Counted from the first letter of the stretch, positions 46,393-57,545 are shown. The stretch is 64,000 nt of DNA from Bacteroides sp. (GCA_020861095.1 JAJBTC010000022.1:68854-132853), one strand, 5' to 3'. Notes: a model not told the origin generated them from the letters alone. A program made the numbers and translations.

Positions 46393-47829
46393 TTATTCCG
46401 CATTTGTAAATCCATCTACCTGCTGAGCTTTGCTGGTAACCCCGCGTTGTTTCGCTTCCTCTATGGCTTCTTCCCTTTGCTGACGCAACTCATGCAACTG
46501 ATCGTTGAAACCCACTACTAACGGAGGAGGGATCTCTCCGTATTCCTTTTTATAGGCAGACAATGCTTCTGTCATCTCTCTGGCTTTTTCCGGGTATTTA
46601 TAATACAGATTGATCTGCTCTTCCGGATCTTCCCTCAGATTAAAAAGCAGTGTATCGTGTGCAGCCGTAGAAGCTCGCCAGAAGTTTCCGCGAATCTCTC
46701 CTTCCGGTAAGGTGATCTTCCAGTCGCCCACACGCAAACCGGTAGCCACTGTATTATCGCGGAAATAGGCATACTGATCACTGGCACGTTTGCCCCCTTT
46801 CAGCAATAGTTCTGTCAGGCTATATCCATCTATCGGCCGGTCGGCAGGCAGTTCTGCCCCGCACAGCTCAGCAATGGTAGGGAAAAGACCCATTGTAGTC
46901 ACAATGTCTTCCCGTATGGCAGGCTGTATCTTCTCTTTCCAATAGACCAGATAGGGCACACGAACGCCTCCTTCAAAACTGGTTCCTTTGCCTTCGCGCC
47001 ACGGCTCAGCCTCCCCACCCAGAGGGCCTTCCTGCAGCCAGGGTCCGTTGTCGCTGCTGAAAACGACCAATGTATTTTCCAGAAGCCCTTTCTCTTCCAG
47101 TGCTTTCATGATCTGCCCAACACTCCAGTCTATCTCCAGTACGGTATCTCCATAGAGTCCATGACCGGATTTGCCCCGGAATTCTTCGGAACAGAAGACG
47201 GGTACATGCATCATATTATGTGCCAGATAGAGAAAGAAAGGTTGTTCCTGATGCCGGTGGATAAAGTCGACGGCTTCCTCCGTATAGCGCCTGACCATCT
47301 GCGACTGATCGATATGGAACTCTTCCACCTCATTGCCCCGCAGGTAGACCTGGGCAGTCATATCGTTGCTGTATGGGATGCCGAAATATTCATCAAATCC
47401 CCGCTGCAACGGCAGGTATCTGTCGCGGTGTCCCGGGTGCCACTTGCCTATAATGCCTGTGGCATATCCTTTCTGTTGGAGTAATTCAGAGATCAGGATC
47501 TCACTCTCCGGAATTCCGGTATAGCTTTCCGGAAAGAACACATCCTTTATGCCCATACGGGACGGATAGCGGCCTGTAAGCAAGGCAGCCCGGGAGGGAC
47601 TGGAAACCGGAGAGGCGGAATAGGCTGCCGTAAAGCGAATCCCTTCCTGCCCCAGGCGATCGATATTGGGGGTCTGCCACTTCTGTTGACCGTAACAGCT
47701 GATATCGCTGTATCCCATATCGTCCATATAAATAATAAGTACATTGGGTTGTTGTTGGGCAAAAGCGGGGAAAGTAAAAGCTGCTCCCGCAGAAGCCAGA
47801 AAAGTTGTGTAAATAGATGGGTTTCTCAT
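46393..47829 (-). CDS. Sulfatase (S1 family, Ser-type active-site motif)
   Basis: 478 aa with a signal peptide. Motif SPVSSPSRAALLTGRYP (S-x-P-x-R), with GKWH downstream. Confidence 0.9.
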   Translation of the reverse strand: MRNPSIYTTFLASAGAAFTFPAFAQQQPNVLIIYMDDMGYSDISCYGQQKWQTPNIDRLGQEGIRFTAAYSASPVSSPSRAALLTGRYPSRMGIKDVFFPESYTGIPESEILISELLQQKGYATGIIGKWHPGHRDRYLPLQRGFDEYFGIPYSNDMTAQVYLRGNEVEEFHIDQSQMVRRYTEEAVDFIHRHQEQPFFLYLAHNMMHVPVFCSEEFRGKSGHGLYGDTVLEIDWSVGQIMKALEEKGLLENTLVVFSSDNGPWLQEGPLGGEAEPWREGKGTSFEGGVRVPYLVYWKEKIQPAIREDIVTTMGLFPTIAELCGAELPADRPIDGYSLTELLLKGGKRASDQYAYFRDNTVATGLRVGDWKITLPEGEIRGNFWRASTAAHDTLLFNLREDPEEQINLYYKYPEKAREMTEALSAYKKEYGEIPPPLVVGFNDQLHELRQQREEAIEEAKQRGVTSKAQQVDGFTNAE

Positions 47830-47860
47830 GAATGTAAAAATTAAGATCTAACTAAAGAGT

Positions 47861-47902
47861 AAAAATAAAAAAATAGTCCTAATGTCGGATAAATTAAGAC
47901 TA
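47861..47902 (-). terminator. Hairpin plus U-tract after the GH5 gene
   Basis: Stem tagtcctaat/attaagacta (one mismatch), followed on the minus strand by tttttttattttt. Confidence 0.5.
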
Positions 47903-48069
47903 CTTTTTATGGGTAAATTACTTTAGAATAAACTGCATGACTGTTGCTATGCCAATAGATAGCAGGGTCATTCTATTTTCAGGGATTGTTATATGAACCT
48001 TGAACTGTTATTGAATTTCCTCCGGGAATCTGAAAATACAGATTCCTGAAACACTCTTATCCCCCCTGA

Positions 48070-49755
48070 TCATAAACCCATGATTGCTTTTATAGCATCC
48101 GGATGTATCTGCTCGTATGTATACCTATTGAAAAGACCAAAACCATAATTTCCAGTTCCTCCATTGTCCCAATAAACCGGGACACATCCATTTTTGAGCA
48201 TGGCGCGTGTCACATAATTCAGGTAATAGTTGCGAGACTCCACATGTTGTTCATACTCCTGAGCAGACAGATCGGTACGTAAAATAGCTCCATACTCCCC
48301 TACAACTACCGGAATACCTTTATCAACAAAATGTGTTTTCATCATGCCAAATGCTTCATCGGCCCAATCTTCATTTCCCCAGGTTACCAGATGTGTACCA
48401 CTGTATCTTTGACTGCCCCAAAGATATTTGTTGCTGCTTTCGTCCAGACAAAAGTCATAAGGATCGTAATAATGTACCTCGGCCATCAACCGATCGGTGA
48501 TAGGATCGTCTGGCATCTTCAGATAATCTACCGCATACGTGATATTGGTATTATATGCCTGAACGATCAGATTCCGGTAAGCATTCCGTCCGCCGGTACC
48601 ACGAACCACATCTACAAACGTCTGGTTGTACGAGTGCTGAACCTCTATATATTCAGCGGTCGGTGTATTATAGTCCGCATGTACTTCGTTTGTGCCTGCA
48701 AACAGCAGGTGTTCGTCATACTCCCGGAAATAAACAGCAATTTGTTTCCAGAGGGCTTCCTGTTTCTCATTCACCTCCTTCTGTTTGTCATAGAAAGGAT
48801 TATTTTCCAACCAGCCCCCATCCCAATGGATATTGATGATGGTATACATATCATTGCTTACGCAATAATCTACTACTTCTTTGACACGGGCCAGCCAGGA
48901 ATCTTTGATCCGATAAGTAGTCTGATCTTCTATATATCCGCTCCAGGCACAAGGAATACGCACAGTGTTGAATCCGGCGGCTTTTACCGAGTCGATCAGA
49001 CCCTTACTCACTGCCGGATTTCCCCAGGCAGTTTCACTGGCACTATCCACTCCGCTACACGCTTCCAGAGAATTGCCCAGATTCCAGCCTATACCCATTT
49101 TATTTGCCAGTATCGGTGCATCACTTCCCATACCGGATGGATCTTCCGGAACACAAATATTTATGCCTGCTTGTGAAATAGTTACTGTTTCTACAAGGTC
49201 AGCTACTACAAAAGTAATTGTTGCTGTACGTTCAAATAGAGATGAATTCGGTTCTATCTCTAAATAAAGGCTACCGGTAGAAATAGTACGTGTCTTTGCA
49301 GATTCCCGGATCCAGGTATCATCTATGGTAATTTCCGGCTCAGACGAAAATTCGTACTCCACAGTTAGTTCCCCTCCTTCCTGGGAGATCTCATATTCTG
49401 TTTTAGTTAATCCCAGATGATTGACAGCAGATTGAACTACATTTATCTGCTTGGTAATACCTCCTGATTGTATAATTATAGTAGCACTCCGGGGATCTGT
49501 ACTTGAATTTTCGGTAACTGTCAGATTTATAGCAAGAGTACCTGTTTCATTGCCTGACAGTTTATCAACTGTACACCATAATTCCGAACAGTTTATTTCC
49601 CAGCTATTATTAGTCTTTATATGAAATTTCTTTTCAGTATCAGCGTGGGAAAACTCTATTTTATCTGTAGATATAATTAATTCCGCCGGTAGCTGACTCT
49701 GAGAATCAGAACAAGCAAGCAAAAAAACAAATAATATAGAAATAGTTTCCTTCAT
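48070..49755 (-). CDS. Glycoside hydrolase family 5 endoglucanase with N-terminal BACON domain(s)
   Basis: 561 aa. BACON-like segments (WCTVDKLSGNETGTLAINLTVTENSSTDPRSATIII). GH5 motifs GWNLGNSLEA, NIHWDGGW and FAGTNEVH. Confidence 0.9.
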   Translation of the reverse strand: MKETISILFVFLLACSDSQSQLPAELIISTDKIEFSHADTEKKFHIKTNNSWEINCSELWCTVDKLSGNETGTLAINLTVTENSSTDPRSATIIIQSGGITKQINVVQSAVNHLGLTKTEYEISQEGGELTVEYEFSSEPEITIDDTWIRESAKTRTISTGSLYLEIEPNSSLFERTATITFVVADLVETVTISQAGINICVPEDPSGMGSDAPILANKMGIGWNLGNSLEACSGVDSASETAWGNPAVSKGLIDSVKAAGFNTVRIPCAWSGYIEDQTTYRIKDSWLARVKEVVDYCVSNDMYTIINIHWDGGWLENNPFYDKQKEVNEKQEALWKQIAVYFREYDEHLLFAGTNEVHADYNTPTAEYIEVQHSYNQTFVDVVRGTGGRNAYRNLIVQAYNTNITYAVDYLKMPDDPITDRLMAEVHYYDPYDFCLDESSNKYLWGSQRYSGTHLVTWGNEDWADEAFGMMKTHFVDKGIPVVVGEYGAILRTDLSAQEYEQHVESRNYYLNYVTRAMLKNGCVPVYWDNGGTGNYGFGLFNRYTYEQIHPDAIKAIMGL

Positions 49756-49819
49756 GGTATAGTTTATTTATAAAGGAGGAAAATAGAGTCTATTTTCCTC
49801 CTTATTTGTCAAAGGATCA

Positions 49820-51718
49820 TCACTCTACTATCAAATGAAATGCTGTAATTTGGAAATCCTGGAAACTACCATTATCATCATATCTTTCCTCTTCGGGTCC
49901 CAACCAAAAATCTCCGGATTTTATATCAGTAATATTACTGTTTACAACATAAAATTCTGTCTTTTCTGCTTCTGAGTCTAACCAATTCCCAATTCTCGGT
50001 ATTCCTGTAGGTATAGTAACTAACATTGCATCAATATCTACTGTACATGTACCTGTAGCCTCGGTACCATCATAATCTACCAATTTTACACTGCAAGAAG
50101 TTCCGGTAGAATTATAGAAAGTAATTCTACCTTTAGATGCATTTGCCTTAATCTCATCATCCCAATACCATCCCTCTTCACTACCTGGACTGATCCAACC
50201 TCCACTCAAAGAATGTGATGAATTAACCAACCAGTCTATCGGCCAGGAAGTATCGATTTTATAAGTTCGGGAGTCAGAACCACAAATAGCTTTGAAAAAT
50301 TCTTTCTCAAAATCCGCGTCCCCACCGGCAGAATTACCTCCAAGTACAAAATGATATACCATATATTGATTTGCACCTTCTTCATCACGTTTACCCAGAT
50401 ACATCTCAGTTACCGTACCTACTGCATTGGTAACAGTTTTAACAATACGCAATTTATTATCAGATGTGGTAGACATTGACATTACACTCTCCCAACCATC
50501 ATATTGATGCCTGGAAATAACGAAATCAAAACCCTCACTAAACTTAATATCATTTTTACTATCAATCGTATAATCTCCTTCTACTTCATTACCTTCTGAA
50601 TCTGTTAATATATAAGTTCCTGTATTAACTCCCGTTCCTGTGAATACTAACTGAACATTTTCGAGTTTATCTTCTTCATAAGCAACCCAACCATTATTAT
50701 AATCATCTGCTGTAGCAAATTCATTCATTAAATCCCCCTCTAATGTCATCCAGTCATAAGGAGAATCCAACGAGAGTACCCAACTTTTTGTGTTGCTCGT
50801 AGACAGGATATCATTGGGATCACCATCTATGTCTAAAATAGGATCATCAGATGGAACGTAATTATCCGCATATTCCTTAGAAACAAAATTCCAGACATAC
50901 CACCATTCTCCTTCACTGGATGTATCTCTGAATACAGCAATACGCAATTGATTTTCCGTAAGCGCAACAACATTAAGATTATTTCTCCAGTTAGAAGAGT
51001 TAGCATCCCAGGATTCCGGATGCGGTATAGAAGCATCTACAAGTGATAATGTCCCATCATCCACATTCAACATAAAGGTTCCGGATTCATCTTTCCATCC
51101 TGCATTATGTACTTCCACAAATGCTCCTCCGTCCAGAGTAAATGTCATGTAACTATCCCAGATATTATCATCTCCGGTATGACCTGCACCCGGCTCCCAG
51201 TTGGGTGAAAAATTACTCATTGTCGGAGCACCATCACCTGGGTCCTGGAAAGAAAGTTCTCCACTTGCCAAACCATAATTTCCATTATCAAAGATCCAGG
51301 TCTTTGAATGGCCCACTCCTCCTGTCAGATATGTCCATAGATCATCACTCACAAAATCCGGATAAAATTCCGCGATAGTGAACTGTACGGTATCACCATA
51401 TACAATTTCACCTCGTGTCTGCACACCAAACACTACATCATATGTACCATCAAAAGGCATTTTCAAGGTCACTTCTTCTGCTTCCGAATATCCTTGCGGA
51501 TGTATCCATACAGGAGTGTATTGAGAACCCATCAGGCTCTTCAGATAGACAATATTGGGATTCTCCGTATCATGAGTTACCGTAAAAGCAATTCCTTCTA
51601 CCAGATCTCCCGGGCTGACTCCTTCAGCCCCCAGATCATAACTATCAGGGGTACACGATGAAAAAGAGATCGTTACCGCCACAATCATTAATGATAAAAT
51701 GGTATATATTTTTTTCAT
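49820..51718 (-). CDS. Surface lipoprotein of unknown family (SGBP-like position in the PUL)
   Basis: Lipobox SFSSC after MKKIYTILSLMIVAV. It sits directly downstream of susD. The ORF is open to 51748. Confidence 0.7.
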   Translation of the reverse strand: MKKIYTILSLMIVAVTISFSSCTPDSYDLGAEGVSPGDLVEGIAFTVTHDTENPNIVYLKSLMGSQYTPVWIHPQGYSEAEEVTLKMPFDGTYDVVFGVQTRGEIVYGDTVQFTIAEFYPDFVSDDLWTYLTGGVGHSKTWIFDNGNYGLASGELSFQDPGDGAPTMSNFSPNWEPGAGHTGDDNIWDSYMTFTLDGGAFVEVHNAGWKDESGTFMLNVDDGTLSLVDASIPHPESWDANSSNWRNNLNVVALTENQLRIAVFRDTSSEGEWWYVWNFVSKEYADNYVPSDDPILDIDGDPNDILSTSNTKSWVLSLDSPYDWMTLEGDLMNEFATADDYNNGWVAYEEDKLENVQLVFTGTGVNTGTYILTDSEGNEVEGDYTIDSKNDIKFSEGFDFVISRHQYDGWESVMSMSTTSDNKLRIVKTVTNAVGTVTEMYLGKRDEEGANQYMVYHFVLGGNSAGGDADFEKEFFKAICGSDSRTYKIDTSWPIDWLVNSSHSLSGGWISPGSEEGWYWDDEIKANASKGRITFYNSTGTSCSVKLVDYDGTEATGTCTVDIDAMLVTIPTGIPRIGNWLDSEAEKTEFYVVNSNITDIKSGDFWLGPEEERYDDNGSFQDFQITAFHLIVE

Positions 51719-51741
51719 AACTATTTCTTTTACTACTGTTA

Positions 51742-53367
51742 TTACCAACCTTCATTTTGTTCCAATACACCTCCGGAAAGGCTGATCTGATTGGCAGGAA
51801 TAAAGGTCAGGCCTTTGGTTTCCCGGACTCTGTCGCCACCAATTACAACCGTGCTATTCACACCCAGATCCACCACTGAAACACCATCTTCATGGATCAT
51901 ACTGGCAGCATATTCTATCCCCTGACGAAGCAGATCCCAGTAACGAAGTCCTTCGAAAGCAAATTCCAACATACGTTCTTCCATGATATTATCCTTCGTT
52001 ACTTCACGCGAAGAAAGTCCGGCACGGGCACGTACTTCGTTGTAATATTCATATGCATGGGTACTTCCCAGTTCTGCTGCCATCAATAAAACGTCGGCAT
52101 ACCGCATTACAACATAATCCTGCTTTTGAGAGAGCTGCATATCACCTCCGGAAGCATCCGTACCATTGGCATAAGCCATCGGAACATACTTTTTGATCAT
52201 GTATCCGGTATAATCTCTCTGGTCACCGATATCATAGGTATCCGCAATACCTTCTGCTACCATATTAATAATAGAAGCATCGCGACGTTCGTCATTGGAA
52301 GCATACGCATTCCACATTTTCGGATGCACGGTACATTGTCCCCATCCGGCAGCATACGGAGGATGAGCTTGTCCACGCATACCCAACATGGTGATCCAGC
52401 GGTTTCCATTGTTGGAACTTCCATCCCATTCGGTGGTACTGTTGTTGAATTTCTGTGCCAGTACAGTCTCTTCATTCCCGTCTCCCGCATAAGTAGAATC
52501 AAATTCTTCTTCTCCTTCAATGGGAGTAGAACTTGCCGCAGGCCAAAGGTTCTTAAATTCCGGTACCAGACTAAATTCTCCGCTGGCAATCACATCTTCC
52601 AGACCCTGCAATACGGTAGAAGCATTTACTACCCCTGCCAGATCCGACGCTCCATAGTATCCTGTATAATAAAGATACACACGTGCCAGAAGAGCTTTTG
52701 CCGCCCAACAGGTAATACGTCCGTCATTGCTGCTGGCGTTTGCCTTCGGATAGGCATCTTCCGGAATGTTGTTTGAAGCAAACAGAAGATCCTCAGCAAT
52801 CAAAGCATATACCTCTGTAGGATCTGCCTGAGGAATATTGTCCGTAGTAGGTTCTGTGACCAAAGGAATATGGCCAAAATACCGTACCATATCGAAATAC
52901 ACCAATGCGCGTATCGCCCGTGCTTCTCCTTCTATCCGGTTGCGGGTGATCGTATCTCCGTCCCAATCGATCTCATCCATGCGGATCAGCAGGCTGTTGC
53001 AACGATAGATCGCCTGATAGGAATAAATCCACAAAGACTCATTCATATCTATACCCGAAGGATTATAACTCAGATCGAACCGATCTACCACCTGACAGTT
53101 CCCATCACTGGAACCGCCCCCTCCGAAACATTCATCGGCCATCATCACCGAAGCAATGTAGAAAGCGGGCCACGGACCTTTGGAAGTGGTCTCACGCCAT
53201 CCACCGTAACAGCCTATCAATGCTTTTTCGGCATCCACTGCATCTTTATAGAAGTTGTCTGTAACAGGGTCCGTAATGGACTTTACGTCCAGAAAACTTT
53301 CGGCACAAGCTGTCATCATCAGAGCAGCCATTCCCAAAACCCATATATATAATTTGAACTTGTTCAT
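51742..53367 (-). CDS. susD: SusD/RagB-family lipoprotein
   Basis: 541 aa. Lipobox MMTAC. Motifs RALVYFDMVRYFGHIPLV and MRYADVLLMAAE. Confidence 0.93.
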   Translation of the reverse strand: MNKFKLYIWVLGMAALMMTACAESFLDVKSITDPVTDNFYKDAVDAEKALIGCYGGWRETTSKGPWPAFYIASVMMADECFGGGGSSDGNCQVVDRFDLSYNPSGIDMNESLWIYSYQAIYRCNSLLIRMDEIDWDGDTITRNRIEGEARAIRALVYFDMVRYFGHIPLVTEPTTDNIPQADPTEVYALIAEDLLFASNNIPEDAYPKANASSNDGRITCWAAKALLARVYLYYTGYYGASDLAGVVNASTVLQGLEDVIASGEFSLVPEFKNLWPAASSTPIEGEEEFDSTYAGDGNEETVLAQKFNNSTTEWDGSSNNGNRWITMLGMRGQAHPPYAAGWGQCTVHPKMWNAYASNDERRDASIINMVAEGIADTYDIGDQRDYTGYMIKKYVPMAYANGTDASGGDMQLSQKQDYVVMRYADVLLMAAELGSTHAYEYYNEVRARAGLSSREVTKDNIMEERMLEFAFEGLRYWDLLRQGIEYAASMIHEDGVSVVDLGVNSTVVIGGDRVRETKGLTFIPANQISLSGGVLEQNEGW

Positions 53368-53388
53368 ATCGTATTAATATTAAGGTAA

Positions 53389-56300
53389 TTAGAATTTAAG
53401 ATTTACACCGAACAGGAAGGTTCTTGGACGGGGATAATATCCCAGATCAACTCCGGAGACCCAACCATTATCTTCCGTACCGTATCCGATCTCCGGATCA
53501 GCACCGTCATACTTGGTAAATGTAAACGCATTCTGTACCTGAGCGTATATACGTAACTGACTGATGTAATTCCATTTGATAAACCTGGAAAAGTCATACC
53601 CCACAGTGATGTTGCTGATACGCAGGAAGTCGCCATCATGCACATATAAATCGGAAAATTCCCAGTTAATATTGGATTCAGTTACACGAGGTATTTTGTT
53701 GGAGGTGCCTTCTCCTGTCCAACGATCCAGAATTGCCGTAGAATAGTTGGCATACTTATTCACATGGTTCCGGTACGACTGAACGATCTTTTGCCCGAAC
53801 ATCCCGTTGGCATTCAATGAAAAGTCAAATCCTTTGTAATCAAATCCCAGGTTGATACCCATGGTAAACTTTGGCATCCCATTGCCCAGATTCACTTTAT
53901 CGTCTTCATCTATAGAACCGTTTTTATCCACATCCACAAAAATCACATCTCCGGGTCTTACATCCGTTTGCAATACACCGTTTCCGGCAGCGATCCACTC
54001 GTCAATCTGTTGCTGGTTCTGGAAAATACCCGCTGTCTTATATCCCCAGAAATAACCGATCGGATATCCGTTCTGCGCACGATAGAATTCGGGAGAGTTG
54101 TCATATAACATACCCGTCTGTCCATGGATAATACCCCCTTCAGTAGGAATGTTGCCTACCTTATTTTTATTATAAGCACCGTTGATACCGATGTTGTAGT
54201 TGACCTTACCGATGCGATCGTTCCAGTTCAATGCCAGTTCGAATCCTGTATTCTTCACATCTCCTCCGTTGATATAGGGGGCATCTGCTCCGGAAGTAGC
54301 CAGAATAGGTGCTTGTACCAGCCAGTCCTTTGTCTTTTTCACATAAAAATCGGCATTCACGTTCAGGCGTCCGTCCGCGAAACGCGCGTCTACACCGACA
54401 TTCGTCTGCTCGGAAGTCTCCCAGGTAATATCCGCATTGGCCAGACGGCTCGGATACGCACCCCATACGTCAGAAGTTGCTCCTGTACCTGTACCGAAGT
54501 TATAATAGGAGTTGCTGATATTCACCGGAGCAGCATACTGGAAATCACTGATGTTCTGATTTCCTACCTGTCCCCAGCTGATACGGAATTTCAGGAAGTC
54601 CATCCAGGAATGTACACCATCCATAAACGATTCATTGGTGATCACCCATCCGGCAGATACGGAAGGGAAATATCCCCAGCGATTGCCACGCGTAAACTTC
54701 GAAGACCCGTCGGCACGTAAGGTGGCATTCACCATATAGGTTTCACGATAGTTGTATCCCAAACGTCCGAAATAGGAAACCCGTCGGGAAGCATTTTCAG
54801 GTTTTCCTTCTATGGTGATATAGTTCGCATCCTGATTTTCCGTATTATTGATATAGGCATATTGCCAATCGTTGAAGATGACTTTCAGGTCCGAATTGCG
54901 GATCTTCATATACGTACCATCGTAACGAACCGATTCCATACCGATCAACGCGTTGAAAGAGTGATCTTCTTTGATCCTGAAATCATAACTGGCTGTATTG
55001 GTCCAGGTCAGGCTGTAGTTCTTACTTATATTCTGCTCTACATACGACCTGTCGCTGCGTGCATAGAAAGAGAACTGATATTGCGGTTCAAAACTGCGAT
55101 AATCCGAATTGTAATAATTAATACCAAATACGGTACGCAACCGCAGATTTTTCACCGGTTCCAGTTCGCCATAGATATCTGCAATAAAGCGTTGTGCTCC
55201 CGTCTTGTTATGGCTATTCACCATAGAAGCATACGGGTTACCGTCCGCATTGTACCAATCCGAATTGGAAGTATCGTTATAAGGAGAGTCATAAATATTA
55301 TTATCACTATAGATCGGTGCCAAAGGAGAAGTAGCAAATGCCCCGCGCAATGTATTGGAGTATTGATTGCCTACGGATATTCCGGTAGTCTGTGTAAATA
55401 CAAACGAAGCGTGTTGTCCTACCTTCAATACATCTTTATAGAGTTTATGTTCGGTATTCACACGGAAATTGTATCTTTCGTAGTTGGAATTGTCGCGTCC
55501 GCCCACAATACCTTCCTGTTGCAGATAACCCAATGACAACGCATAGGTAGAAGTCGCCGATCCACCCGTGATACCCAAGGTATAGCTTTCGGTTTTGGCA
55601 TTGCTTTTGAACATAGCATCCATCCAATCCGTATCGATCAGGCTGCCACGTACTTCATTACCCTCCGCATCTGTGGTCCAGTTCCAGATCGAACGGATGT
55701 TCTGCCAGTCATACGGACCGTTCCCGGAATTAAATGCCTGCTCATCCATAATAGTCATGTATTGCCGGGCATTCAGCACTTTGGCTTTCCGGGCAGCATT
55801 CTGGATCCCGTAATAGGCATCAAATGTCACCTGAGCTTTTCCTTCTTTTCCGGAGCGGGTAGTTACTAAGATCACTCCATTGGCAGCCTGGGCTCCGTAG
55901 ATAGCCGCAGAAGCGGCATCTTTCAATACGTCGATAGATTCGATATCCGCCGGATTGATCGTGGAAAGATCTCCTTCAATACCATCTATAATATAAAGGG
56001 GACCGGAGCTCCCTACCGTACCCAGACCACGAATAGTTACCTTCATGTCCGATCCCGGTTGTCCGGAAGTGGTACTGATGGTAACACCCGGACTCTGTCC
56101 CTGCATGGCCTGTAAAGGGTTGGTGGTATTCATACGGGCCAGTTCATCCCCTTTTACCTGCACGGTAGCACCGGTATTCAGTTTCTTTTTCTGCACCCCG
56201 TAACCGATCACAACTACTTCATCCAGCATTTCAGTATCTTCATGTAAAGAGACATTTATAACAGGTTGCCCCGTGTATTTGACTTCCTGGTTCACATAGC

Positions 56301-56568
56301 CGATATAGGAAAAGACCAGGGTTTGTCCCTCTTCCACACTCAACGAATAATCTCCGTCGATCCCGGTAATAGTTCCGGCGGCACTTTCTTTCACAAAAAT
56401 ACTCACACCGATGAGAGGTTCACCATCTGTCGCCGAGGTGACCACTCCTGTAATAGTTCGGTTCTGTGAAGGATTTGCCGTGAGGCTCATCGCAGGCAAG
56501 AGTAGAAAAAGCCACACGATGCTGCATACATGCACATGGATGCACTTTTCGAAAAATGTTTTTCTCAT
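53389..56568 (-). CDS. susC: SusC-family TonB-dependent transporter (intact)
   Basis: 1059 aa. Carboxypeptidase-regulatory-like domain, plug (VVVIGYGVQKKKLNTGA), TDWMDAMF and a terminal ..NLKF. Confidence 0.95.
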   Translation of the reverse strand: MRKTFFEKCIHVHVCSIVWLFLLLPAMSLTANPSQNRTITGVVTSATDGEPLIGVSIFVKESAAGTITGIDGDYSLSVEEGQTLVFSYIGYVNQEVKYTGQPVINVSLHEDTEMLDEVVVIGYGVQKKKLNTGATVQVKGDELARMNTTNPLQAMQGQSPGVTISTTSGQPGSDMKVTIRGLGTVGSSGPLYIIDGIEGDLSTINPADIESIDVLKDAASAAIYGAQAANGVILVTTRSGKEGKAQVTFDAYYGIQNAARKAKVLNARQYMTIMDEQAFNSGNGPYDWQNIRSIWNWTTDAEGNEVRGSLIDTDWMDAMFKSNAKTESYTLGITGGSATSTYALSLGYLQQEGIVGGRDNSNYERYNFRVNTEHKLYKDVLKVGQHASFVFTQTTGISVGNQYSNTLRGAFATSPLAPIYSDNNIYDSPYNDTSNSDWYNADGNPYASMVNSHNKTGAQRFIADIYGELEPVKNLRLRTVFGINYYNSDYRSFEPQYQFSFYARSDRSYVEQNISKNYSLTWTNTASYDFRIKEDHSFNALIGMESVRYDGTYMKIRNSDLKVIFNDWQYAYINNTENQDANYITIEGKPENASRRVSYFGRLGYNYRETYMVNATLRADGSSKFTRGNRWGYFPSVSAGWVITNESFMDGVHSWMDFLKFRISWGQVGNQNISDFQYAAPVNISNSYYNFGTGTGATSDVWGAYPSRLANADITWETSEQTNVGVDARFADGRLNVNADFYVKKTKDWLVQAPILATSGADAPYINGGDVKNTGFELALNWNDRIGKVNYNIGINGAYNKNKVGNIPTEGGIIHGQTGMLYDNSPEFYRAQNGYPIGYFWGYKTAGIFQNQQQIDEWIAAGNGVLQTDVRPGDVIFVDVDKNGSIDEDDKVNLGNGMPKFTMGINLGFDYKGFDFSLNANGMFGQKIVQSYRNHVNKYANYSTAILDRWTGEGTSNKIPRVTESNINWEFSDLYVHDGDFLRISNITVGYDFSRFIKWNYISQLRIYAQVQNAFTFTKYDGADPEIGYGTEDNGWVSGVDLGYYPRPRTFLFGVNLKF

Positions 56569-56786
56569 GGTACATTGATTAATGGTTAATTATCAGTTTT
56601 ATACAATTCCAACAAACCTTTGTATATTTTGGTCTGAGAAATCAGCATCAAAATTATAGGTTTTTTACAAAGTATCCCTTCGGAAACGTTAAACCTTCGG
56701 GTGCGATTGGTTAAATGAAGAGCGTTAAATGTTGTGTAACGGTGCGAAATGTATTCTGCCTGTCAGGAAACATTTGATACATGCAT

Positions 56787-56826
56787 ACAAAAGCAGCCTA
56801 TCCCCAGAGAGATAGGCTGCTTTTGT
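56787..56826 (-). terminator. Terminator hairpin after the rubrerythrin gene
   Basis: 16-bp perfect stem acaaaagcagcctatc / gataggctgcttttgt, 15 nt past the stop codon. Confidence 0.6.
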
Positions 56827-56840
56827 ATAAAGAACATCCG

Positions 56841-57419
56841 TCAATAATTCTCTTTTTTCACTTCGAAGTGAGCTTGTGGATGCAGGCAGGCGGGACATAC
56901 TCCCGGAGCTTCTTCTCCTTCGTGTACAAATCCGCAGTTGCGACACTGCCAGGTTTGGGTTTCTTCTTTTTTAAATACCGTACCGTCTTCGATATTCTTC
57001 AGCAGCGCGTTGTACCGGTCTTCGTGCGCTTTTTCAGCGATAGAAATGTTGCGATACATAGCCGCGATGCCGGGGAAGCCTTCCTGCTCGGCAATATCGG
57101 CGAATTTCGGGTAGTCTTCTGTCCACTCTTCGTGTTCACCGGCAGCGGCAGCACGTAGGTTTTCCAGGGTGGTACCGATCACACCGGAAGGGAAAGTAGC
57201 CATGATCTCTGTCATTCCTCCTTCTAAGTACTTGAACATGCGTTTGGCGTGCTCTTTTTCCTGATCGGCGGTTTCGGTAAAGATAGCAGCGATCTGCTCG
57301 TATCCCTCTTTCTTGGCCACACTGGCAAAATACGTGTAACGCATACGTGCTTGTGATTCACCTGCAAATGAATGCATCAGGTTTTTCTCTGTCTGGGTTC
57401 CTTTGATACTCTTAGCCAT
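56841..57419 (-). CDS. rbr: Rubrerythrin
   Basis: 192 aa. Ferritin-like diiron domain (GESQARMRYTYFA) plus a C-terminal rubredoxin CRNCG..CPAC. Confidence 0.95.
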   Translation of the reverse strand: MAKSIKGTQTEKNLMHSFAGESQARMRYTYFASVAKKEGYEQIAAIFTETADQEKEHAKRMFKYLEGGMTEIMATFPSGVIGTTLENLRAAAAGEHEEWTEDYPKFADIAEQEGFPGIAAMYRNISIAEKAHEDRYNALLKNIEDGTVFKKEETQTWQCRNCGFVHEGEEAPGVCPACLHPQAHFEVKKENY

Positions 57420-57545
57420 ACTTTTTTCTTTTTAAGGTAAAATGAATACAATTGTCTGTCCGAAGGTTGACCGGATTCTTTCCGCTTTCACATCTTTTTA
57501 TTAAATTATTAAAAAGAGAAAAAACTCCGTATCTGAATTGCTTTA

